The notes below the pieces were generated by a model. That model was not told the DNA's origin. It made no database searches and saw only the letters and a list, made by a program, of their open reading frames with translations. Shown here piece by piece: positions 54,033-64,000 of a stretch of 64,000 bases of DNA. Within the stretch, counting starts at the first letter, position 1, and each line of letters begins with the position of its first letter. The DNA is taken from assembly GCA_038496445.1 (NCBI GenBank), contig JALMLS010000015.1, positions 372,001 through 436,000 of the forward strand, written 5' to 3'. A program made the translations under genes and the position numbers. The DNA is from Trichosphaerium sp. ATCC 40318 (Eukaryota; Protista; Tubulinea).

Positions 54033-55828
54033 ATGATAATTATAAATGCTCTGGGTGTATTTACTGCTATGTCTTGGGTTGTATTAACAAGTTCGCTAGT
54101 TGTTCACGATAATAACGGAAAGAACAGTACGATGGATAGCGACATAGTTAACTACGTATTTCTCATCCTATCTTAGTAACTTTTAATTCGCCAAATATCT
54201 CTTGGCTTTCAAAACAAATATGGAATGGTACTGATGTTACTGGTACGCGTAGTTGAGTCATCACGTGATCATATCGTTACGTTTTTTAAGGGTTTTATTT
54301 CGCATCATTCGTTGTCCAATTTAACTCGATTTTAGGAGAGCTTGTACCGTTGGATAGTAGTAACTACACTAACAAGATTGTGTATTTAACAACAGATAAT
54401 TACAAGTGGGGTTATCAAATCGCGGAAGCTAGGAGAAAAGGTGCTATTGGTATAGCTATCCATGACAAGTCATTTGGTAAATATTGTCAATTAGATCTTT
54501 TTGGACACGTGATTAATTGTGAATAGTGACTGCAGGAAAAATGGAATTCTTCAGAATAAATTGGAATCAAGCGCCATCAGAACTTGAAGGTATTCCTGCT
54601 GTTGAAGTCGGAGATGATTTTGTGAATTATTTTACAGATCAACAACGCCTAAATGTTACCTTGTTCCCCAACGGTATGTGGTTCAAGAAGAGATTATTTC
54701 TTCAACTAGTTCTAACACATATTTTTAGACAACAATCCATGGAGACCAATCAACGAAGTTGGGTTTGTATGATCACAAGCTGTGTATTCTTGCTAATTAT
54801 ATTGGAGGTTGTTTTCTCGACTTTTTATGGTGTAGTGGCACTTGTTTGTATTTCTTTGGCTGCTCTCAAACTATACTATGTCACAACAGGAGTAGGGTGT
54901 ATATTTAGTATATCTCAAACATGTCTTGTGCTAGAGATTATTGCAAATACAGGTAAAGACTATCACAATAAATTCCAATTGCTCACGCTCTATCTGTTTA
55001 GGACGATTATTTTATGTGACTGTTGATCCAATGTATAGTCGTAGAATACTCTCACAGTTTACAGCCACTTTTTTCGATACAGGGCTTGTATCACTGTCAC
55101 TTGCGACTACTCTATTCATCGCGTTTTATTGGTACGTGATTTTTTTAAAATAAGAATTGTTTTGACTGATCAAAAGAAAGGTTGGAGGTTATCAGCGCAA
55201 TTAAGGCCCTCAAAGAGAGAGGAGGTAAACTTAAAAAGTTTCTACTGCCTTGTATTATATTGGTCATAATTGTTGTTCTTGTGGAGCTGAGTGTATCGCT
55301 TGGACGAGGGCTCGCAGAAATATCGTTAACTTTTGGTGTAATGATGTTCGTGTTTATGTTGATCGGTATTGCTATTGCTCTATACCTCTTGATAATGGGA
55401 GGAATAGTATTAAAGCATATAAGAGAAACCAATGCAAACTCTGCTATTGTCATAAGAATTCAATGTGTACGTTCACGTGATAGAAAATTCGTGTTATTTT
55501 ACTTTTTTTTGAAACTCAAACTAGTTTTTCTTATACCTTTCTTACGTTACTCATCTTTCCTTCTTCTGTTTAGATTACAATACAACTTATGATGAGTGGC
55601 GTCTTTACAATACTCTTGGTTATAGTTGTATTTAGCTCCTTATGGCCATTCTTTCGAAGACCTGTTACCTACTTTGTAGTGTGGTCTTTGTACTGGTTCT
55701 TTCTTTTTGGAATCAGCCTTCTACAAATAACAGCTATTCACAAAAAACGCGATCCGCCATCTTCAGTAGAAATGACCCAAACTACTTCAGCTCCAGGAAT
55801 AATTGAGACAACTATGAACACCCAATAA
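54033..55828 (+). CDS. Signal peptide + PA domain + 7TM protein, copy 2
   Basis: QIAEARRKGAIGIAIHD...IPAVEVG and a 7TM region highly similar to copy 1; same intron positions. Confidence 0.75.
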
Positions 55829-56161
55829 AAATGTAAATAATCATGTTGTATGGTGTATCTACAATACCTTCGTTGAAGTATAAACGAATATTAATACTCA
55901 CGACTTACAAGAATTCTGCTGTAGTATCAATACACCTTTGTGCGAAAATACCTAAGAAAGTTGAGGGCGTTTGTCGCATAACATGGAAGCTGTGATGCTA
56001 CTTTTGATGCAAATACAATGATTGCACTACTCTTCTTGCATGTTTTATGGCTTGTGAAGGCTTAATTATGTATGTTCTTATGCAAGAAATAAACTATAAT
56101 TAATTGTAAGTTTTAATCTGTTCTACATTACATCATAGCCTATGACTATGCATAGGTTAAA

Positions 56162-57569
56162 CTATAATAAGCCATCATCATTAACTACAGCACGCCATAG
56201 GTCATCATACAGGTGCTTCTTCTTGTTCCACATGACACGATTTGCAAGAATTATTGCACTTTTTGGTTTCTCATTTGATTCCACTGTTCTAGAACTATTA
56301 CGTTTCAAAGTGTCCTTAACATTATTTTTAAAGGACATAAATGTAGCTTCATCAACTCTGTTAGAGATAGCACCAAACCTGACAGAGAGGTTAAAATAAG
56401 TGAGTTAAAAAGTTGTTAAGTGAGCACGTTGTTGATTCTCTTATTACTGAAATTGAACGTACTTTACTGCTCTCCAAAAAATAGGTACTCTAGGGACTAT
56501 CCCCAGCTTCTTTTTTATGGCCTTCCATACCCTTGATGGTGGAATAATTTCCAAATGAGGTGATATCAAAGACCATACTTCATTACTTTCAACACTCTTT
56601 AAAAACCTTAGTTTAGAAAAGAGTCTTTGTAGAAATAGTTCTTTTGTATGAATAGAAATCTCATGATCTTCAATATCAATATGTGATAACATACAAAGCA
56701 AATACTGGCATAAACTCAAGCTATGATAAACCATATGACTTGATATTTTTGAAGGCAAACAATCAGCTGTACAATGAAATATATCACTGAGATCCATAAC
56801 AGTCATCTTCGCCCAGTACATAGATAACAACTTAGCTGTTGATTCTGGCATTGAACAGTATCTATCTAATGTAAACTTATGAAGATAAGCCTTTGCTACA
56901 GCAAAGCAAGCATCATAGCTTGTATCCATTAACTTCTTGAACTCTACTTCATTCAGCTTGAAAATCTTATAACCTTGAATAATTATACAATGACGTTCTC
57001 CAACATACACTACAAAACAACAAAAAAAAGTTAGTTGCTCTTCTCTTACATTTAAAAAAAACGTGATTTTGCAAAAAACCACGTGACATGGAAGAACGTA
57101 CTTCCTTTATATGCGTTATTAATAGCAATACTCTTAAAACCATCAGTGAATCCGAAACCATGTTGAACAATGAGTTCAGTTTCATCACTTTTTTTACCTT
57201 CAAGTTGCAAAATTTTCGCAAGTGGTTGTATAATCTTTGAAGTCATACCGAGGTATTTACAGCAACTTAGAGCTTCTTGTGCCTATAAATATCATCAACA
57301 ATACTAGTATAACGCCAAACGCGTACAACTGCTAGCGGTATGCAATCTGTAAGGAAAGAATCGTAAATAACGGTGTCAGCCTTGTTATAGTTCCGCAGCA
57401 GCCACTCGAAGCCTGTGGGATACTTTAAAACCTCCAGCCAGTTGTCTTTAGCTTCATTTCGCTCAATTCGCTCTAACTGTTCGGAAAGTACTACACTAAG
57501 GTCTACAAATTGTCTAGGTATAATAAATTCCTTTTCTTGGCCTTTTGGGCCAACTAAAGCTTTCAGCAT
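56162..57569 (-). CDS. Protein with an N-terminal Skp1/ElonginC/BTB-like domain and an unknown C-terminal region
   Basis: LVGPKGQEKEFIIPRQFVDLSVVL...IPLAVAQEALSCCKYLGM resembles the ElonginC/Skp1 POZ fold; 3 GT-AG introns give a continuous frame; start codon uncertain. Confidence 0.5.
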
Positions 57570-57826
57570 TAATTTAGCGCTAACAAATCGATGACAGCGA
57601 TGAAGAATATCCAAGTAATACGTCTACGTTAGTTTCATCAAGAACGGATAAGCTAAACAAGAAAATTTACGTATTTTTAACTTTATTGGCTAAAAGTCAG
57701 AATCGGTTATCTTATCTTAAACTCTATCTGTATACTTTACATTAACAATACAAAGATTTTATTATTGAAATAGGTGTCCCTGGAGCGTATAAAGCTTGTT
57801 TTGAAACTTTTCTTTCTTTTCCTGTT

Positions 57827-59825
57827 TTATTCTTCGTATTCATCAAAGTTATCGTTGTCATTTGGAACAACTTCATTATTTTTCTTTTTCTTTAATATCT
57901 GTATCAAAACCAATGACGCACCAAAAAGAAATACACAGGTATTCATTATGCCAACTATTATAAAAGGTGCTGTTGGTGTCCAAGTATCAAAAAGAGTACC
58001 ACCAAGTTTTGTAATAAATAGAATACCTATTGATCCACACAACGAAAAGAATCCGCTCACTTGCCCTCTAACACCCAATAAACAATGCATGTACAACAAC
58101 AAAAAAGTACATTCCTCTAACACTAAGTGTTGAGCGCAAAAAATAAACTACATACCTAGACTGTTCAGGAGCAACAGATGCAAGTAATACTTGACTTCCA
58201 ACAATCATGGATATTTCACCACATCCTATTACACATGCAAGAAGAAATGAAAACACACTGGTTGGATTTGTAATACAAGCAACACCTAAATAACCGCAAA
58301 GACCAATAAACGAAGCAACTATTCAACGAACAAATAAGAAGACATTCCAAAAAAAAAAACACCTTTGCTTACTTGTTAGAAGAAGTACTCTATCAATCTT
58401 ATCAGCAACTATACCAATAACCGGAACAAATACTATAGCAGCTGTCTGAGCAATACCGGAAACCATACCAGCCTTTGCAATAGCATCATGATCACTGTAT
58501 CCATGTGATCCCATATAACGCTTCACCCATAAACTCATAAACGTGCTTACAACCATTGCATCTCCACGAGCAACAAAAGATGCAAGGTATGCTATTGAAA
58601 TTATTGTTAAAAGCAATCCAAAAAGAGCTTTAAACAAATATGGCTAGTTATCGTACATAGTACTACCTTAGGATTTTTTGTTGCTTTGATTCCAGTAACA
58701 ACAATTGAAACGACGTTACTGTGCTACAGTACAATGTTACGGTTCGAAGCAATTAGTAAAACTACAATTGCGTACTCTATGCTTAAGGGATTTTCTAGAT
58801 GCCATCCCAAAATAGACTACTGCTATGCATGGTACAAGCCATAAAGTGAAAGACCAATACATTGTCATTGCTAATTACAGTAAAAAACAAGTTTTCATTT
58901 CCTTCATCAACCCACATACCTGTAGCTTTACCGTCATGACCAAGCATACTAGGAATACGCAAGAAAATAAAAAGTGCAGCTAACGCGCCAATACCGGATG
59001 TAAAACCGATAATACTGCCGACTCTGCCTCTCGAACCTTAAAAAAGTTTTTAAGCCAAAACCAGAAAAAAATAAGAATAGCGAGTCGTCGTTGCGTCTTA
59101 CTTTCTACTGGATAATCGCCGATGAGTGCTACCAAACATGCAGTGCTTGCTTTTATACCATTAATATACTATTCAAAGCAGTTAGTTATTAGTACCTGAA
59201 GCGCCAATAGCAAAGACACAACGGTATAATACAAGTTCGATAAAAGATGATGCTAAAGGTTGAAGCAAAAGACCAAGTGCTAAAAAAAAGAAACCAATCA
59301 TGTACACCCACTAAAAAAAATAAAGTTACTCAAGTACGACATTTAACCAAATAAGGAATACTAAGCTTCACAAAATAACAACCTTTCGTCCGATTTTATC
59401 TGACAAGAGACCAAAAAATGTAGCTGTTGCTATAACTACAATTTCATTCCAGAAAACCAAATCGCCTTGTTGTTTTTTTTGTTATACAACCGTTAATAAC
59501 AGGTATAATTACCTGCTTTTGTGCCTTGGCTACTCTGTGGTATGTCAAGGGTGTTCGTAAACAAATAGGAAACTAAACGTTTATTAAATAGTTGCCTACG
59601 CGTTGTAGACGCACCTGCAGCGTTCACAAATACTAGTGATGCTATTTGAACGAACGAAACGTACATAAACGAGAAAAGGTTCCATTTACCAACACTAGGC
59701 TCCAACGTTACCAGCCACAACTTTGTAGGCGCCGTTTCATCAATATCATCGCTTTCTTTAATTTCAAGTTGCTCAATATCACCCTCAACAGCTTGAATAA
59801 ACCCAACCTCCTCTTCAGGTTGCAT
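57827..59825 (-). CDS. Major facilitator superfamily transporter
   Basis: Motif A GLLSDKIGRK and GIVADKIDR; about 12 hydrophobic segments. Confidence 0.9.
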
Positions 59826-60204
59826 ACTATCCCTTCAGTATATGTGTCACTCACCGGGTAAATCCAAGCGACACTTCAACAATCACAACTTACTTATTAC
59901 AACAACTTAACGCACTTTTGGTTGTGATGTCCGTTACAAGTTTTGTAGCACCTCACATGTTGCTTGAATAGAATAAAATAAAAGAAAACATAATGCATAG
60001 GATAGCGGGGTGCAATATTTGTCTACAAGCAATGTTTTACAACTACAATCGTGTGCGCAAAGATTTCTTTTTTTTCTTCTTTTTTTTTTACCCATTGAAA
60101 AAAAATAATATTCACGTCTTCAGGATGATCATCAAAAGAATTCAAGAGAGGTACCTCTATGAATACAATACCTCCCATTATTAATCCATTATCCAAAAAA
60201 TAAA

Positions 60205-61993
60205 TTATGATTGCTCAATAAGCTTCACACGCTGTTTGTGTGTCTGAGATGCATCCGCCGATAATTTAGCATATTTCTTTGCTATCTCCTCTAACTCTTT
60301 CTGTTTTAAAGCCTCATAGACATCTGTCTTCTCAACAAGCCATTTATCCAACGCTTTACGTGACTCTGACTTGCGCACCTGTAATAAAAAATAACAATTA
60401 ATCAAAGCTATTAATGCTTTCGAGGTGATAACCAAGGAGCCTGCGTACCTCCTCAAGCTTTCCATCACGCAGTTCTTCAAGCTCCTTCAATGACATTTTA
60501 CCGAACTAAAGAAGGAAGTTAACAACAGTTTAAAAGATCTATTATGGAGCACTCCGTCACAAAGGCTTTCGCTAAAGTAGTAAAAAAAAAATGTTACGTA
60601 CAAAGTTCCTTTTTTCTTCTTCTTCTCGCTGCTTAAAGTGTTGCATGAACGATGGTACAAATCCTGCTTTAGAGTTGTCCGAAATAACAATACTATCGCT
60701 GTGATCTAACATGTTTTAGTATTTATTGAAAATAATAAAGTACAAAACAAAACTTATTTGTACCTCTACCCTCTCCATTGACTACCATTGTACCATATCC
60801 TCCACCAATTGCTCCAAGATCTAATGAATTTGATGGTGACTTGGCCATCCAGTTATCAAGATCTGCGTCTTTGGTTTGTGTTAGTACAGAGTATTTTGTT
60901 AAAAACAACAAAATAAAACAAATAAATTCTCAAATAATTTCTCACGTCGTTCAAGACAAAACAGAAATGCACTATTATAAACCATGGTTTTCCTGTGACA
61001 TTTTAGACATAAAATAACAAACAGACAGCGCAGTAATGGCACATAATTGGCAGTAAAAAATTAAATTCAAAAAAGACAAAATAAAAAACAAAACGCACCA
61101 GTTGTAACACGCGGAGAATCGCTTTGAGTGCTATCGCTAACACTACCAATACTCCTAGGTGGTGTAGAATCGCTGGTGCTTTCCGAAGGCGTTTCTCTAC
61201 CCTTATTCTTCTTACTACGCTTCTTCTTGCCTTTTGCTCCTTTTTTTTTGCCTGATTTTGTTTTCTTTGGTGGTGCTACAGTAGCTCCAGTCAATGCACC
61301 GGTCTTGCAGAAGATAGTAAGCAACATGCGCAAGAAAGAGACATCTTTTAGGAGTAAAACAAAAAAAAATCGGTCTTGTCAGTTTTATTAATTGCCAAAC
61401 GCTAGTACTGCAACTAGACCGCGAACAGAGATACGAACGCCAAAAATCGACGCACCTTTTGCTTCATAATCTTATAAATCCATTCTTGCCTTGTCTCATC
61501 ATCTGCGCACAAATGGTGCGTGCGAGAGACACCATTGGTCTTAGTTTCAACAAAGAAAATCTTTTTTGTTCTAAATCGGTAGCCGTTACATAATCATTAC
61601 TAAATAACTATGTCTTACTTATCGCGCGTATTGGTTTCGCTCACATCTGCTATTTCGCTGAGTAGGATAAATCCTTTAGGTTCTTTTCCCTTTTTGCATG
61701 TTAGTATTTTGGACAGCCCCGTAACCATGCATTAACGCTAGAATTGACGCACCTTACGATCAACATAGTAATTCACTCGGTCATTAACTAACACTGTCCA
61801 GAATGTGGTCCATCGGGGCGCGAGTGTACCGCCTTGCTGCCTCACTGATAAAAAACCAGATTTAAGGGACTGAAAAGTAATTAATAATCTATCAAAAATA
61901 CAGCACACGGATAATAATATATACATCAGCGACACGTTTTAAGCGCAACGCGAATTACAAAACTAAAAAATATCGAATAGCGGTGTGCACCAT
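60205..61993 (-). CDS. PH-domain protein with an Mst/Hippo-like linker and a SARAH-like coiled coil
   Basis: ATG micro-exon, intron 61990-61870, PH (KSGFL...WTTFWTVL...PKGFILL...RQEWI); tail YGTMVVN, FVPSFMQHFK, MSLKELEE...KELEEIAKKYAK. Confidence 0.7.
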
Positions 61994-62118
61994 GTCGGAT
62001 GTCTCAATGTCAACAACAAGGGTTGAATGGTCCTCTCGTGTTCTATCTATGGCCTATAAGCAAAGTCTCAATTTCGTCGCGATTAGTCAATCGTTTCGTC
62101 TGCACACAGCAGTACGCC

Positions 62119-63189
62119 ATGGCGCAAAAATGGGCAGATACAGTGTATTCAGGATGGTATAACCAAGATTCAAAACGACAAGAACTTACATGCCAATTAA
62201 AGTTTAAATCAGGTGCGCAGTCGTACTTCCACATTAATGCGATTGTATAAGCTGGTTTTTTTTTTCTGAACAGGATTATTGTGCAGGAAATATTGAAGGC
62301 GAGGGCCATAGCGACGCTGGTTTATTTAATATAGCAGGTGAATACAACACTGCCGCGCCGTTTGATTTCAAGTTCGTTAAAAGTTTCTTTGGTACAGTGG
62401 TTTGCGTCAAAACACAAAATGATTGTAGTGTAGGTGGTGCAGGAGTAGATTTTAAAGGATTTGTGGCCGCTGATGGCACATTATTTGGCACTTACACAGG
62501 ACCAAATTCAGGAGGTGACTTTAACCTAAAACCAAAACAAAAGACTGCTGGTACGCGTTTTTTACCTTTCGTTTGCTTGTGCCGAATTTAAAACTGATAG
62601 TTTTAACGTTAAAGTTGCCAATCGTTTCCTATTTGGAGGTTAATTCTTAAGTAGAGGACTTCAAAAAAGAAGCAGAAGCTGCCATAGCAAAGATTAAAGG
62701 CCAGCTACTTTCAATGGGCTTTCCTAACTTTTTGTGTGATCAAGCACTTGAGGTTAATAAAGACCTTGATTCTGCGCTTGCATGGATTACAAACGTTACG
62801 TCGACAGGAACAGATGGTACGTTGCCTATATTTGTGTTACACTAGTACTTTTCGCAAACAACCAGCGAGTCGCCTACAATACAATTACTTGTACAGGAGA
62901 GTCTTTTTGTACAAGTTTCAGTTGTAACCCTAAAAACCTCATTACAATACTAGGCTTTCTATTTTTGTACTGAACACTTTTTTTAACCTTAACCCTGTTA
63001 ATAGTCGGAGAACCACCGGAAGCACTTGTTAATCAGATTACGTCGATGGGTTTTACAGTTGAGCAAGCTAAAAACGCTTTACGCATAAATGTACGATAGA
63101 AAAAGAGTGGGTATGTATTAATGCGTTAAAAGGGCAATTCTGTTGAGCTGGCGGTTAACCATATTTTTTCTGAAAGTTTTCAAAGCTGA
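62119..63189 (+). CDS. Protein with a beta-rich N-terminal domain and two C-terminal UBA domains
   Basis: QLLSMGFPNFLCDQAL...DSALAWI and QITSMGFTVEQAKNAL...VELAVNHI. Confidence 0.8.
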
Positions 63190-63422
63190 AAAAGCTTGTG
63201 AATTCGCCCACGTGTATTGTAAATAAACTAGCGTTGTATTTGCGACGTCTGAACGCAACAAAACGAATACGTGAACTTTTTTTACCTCAATTTTTGAAAG
63301 TTGTTACGTGAGGATTAACGTTGACTGTTTGTTTTCTGAACGAATTATGCACACAAGAAATTTAAATACAGTCACCCAAACGACAAGTAAACACATCATC
63401 ACCTCACCAACCTCACACGCTT

Positions 63423-64000
63423 ATGAACGGCTATAAAAGAAAGCGCAAGCGACGTCGTGAAACACAAAACCTACCCAGAACGAAGAAAACCCGCATTCAA
63501 AACACGATGCAAGAGCACAGTACGTGGTAGTTCTGAGTCACTTTTTGTTTTACATGAAACTTCCGTTTTCTTTGCATTACCCTATTCTGACACTTTGTAG
63601 TCACCAAGTGGAAAATCGACGAGCCAGAGAGCTCTAAGCTGTCTATATCAGATTACGGCATCTCCTTTAGCTCAATTGGGCCGTACAGTTTGGAACTTAG
63701 CATTGGCGCCAATATCGCCGCTAAAAGCTGCAACGGTTCAAGACCTTTCAAACAGTTCGTTTTCGAGCCTTCGACGGGGAAACCCATCGACGGTCACGCT
63801 TTCACCCCTTCGATGACTTACAAACACAACACCATTGTACCCACTACCAAGCCACTACCCTGTCTATACATGTTGGTAAACCACTGACGATTTTGTACTA
63901 AACAAGCTGTAAATAACAAGAATTTCTCTACATTCCTAATTCTGCCTAAGTTGTCCGAAAACAAACCACTGAGAAATAGTAACTGTGGTAACAAACAACA
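63423..64000 (+). CDS. 5' part of an unknown protein with a basic NLS-like N-terminus (3' truncated)
   Basis: MNGYKRKRKRRRE exon, GT-AG intron 63520-63600, open exon through ~63875. Confidence 0.5.

Noticed and set aside
56967-57614. Divergent G-alpha subunit next to the 7TM genes
   Set aside because: The best-matching stretch (VRVWRYTSIVDDIYR) is intronic, there is no P-loop, and the spliced protein fits a Skp1/ElonginC-like fold better
1-64000. Alternative genetic code or stop-codon readthrough to explain the fragmented ORFs
   Set aside because: In the conserved genes I spliced, short GT/GC-AG introns removed the stops, and TAA, TAG and TGA are all used as terminators
1-64000. U12-type (minor) introns
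   Set aside because: RTATCCTT-like strings (e.g. ~11873, ~15257, ~47912) fall in exons or on the wrong strand, not at donors

Overview
Compact, AT-rich (roughly one-third G+C) eukaryotic genomic DNA using the standard code. About 28 genes are packed tightly and split by many short spliceosomal introns (mostly 35-150 nt), so the ORF track shows only exon fragments; gene models below were spliced by hand. The gene set looks like a free-living amoeboid protist, possibly an amoebozoan (inference only): three Ras paralogues, a class C GPCR, a PH-CRIB PAK kinase, an ArfGAP, an NCS/frequenin-like EF-hand protein, a class II photolyase, a GH5 cellulase, a Nem1/CTDNEP1-like phosphatase, an SDR, an MFS transporter and several F-box proteins. 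I found no rRNA, tRNA, CRISPR array or clear transposon. Most notable signals: (1) about 10-fold enrichment of CACGTG, about half of the sites in introns and three forming GC splice donors, together with strong CpG depletion in downstream exons; (2) relaxed splice sites (seven frame-supported GC-AG introns, A-rich AAG acceptors, one GAG acceptor); (3) unusual domain architectures: PA domain plus 7TM (two tandem copies), inositol polyphosphate kinase plus C1, kinase-less PH plus Hippo-like tail, stand-alone DNMT1-RFTS plus zinc finger, and a Skp1/ElonginC-like fusion; (4) nearly intronless, giant-virus-like F-box/MORN genes and decaying relatives. All counts are hand counts and all family calls are by motif recognition, with no database search.
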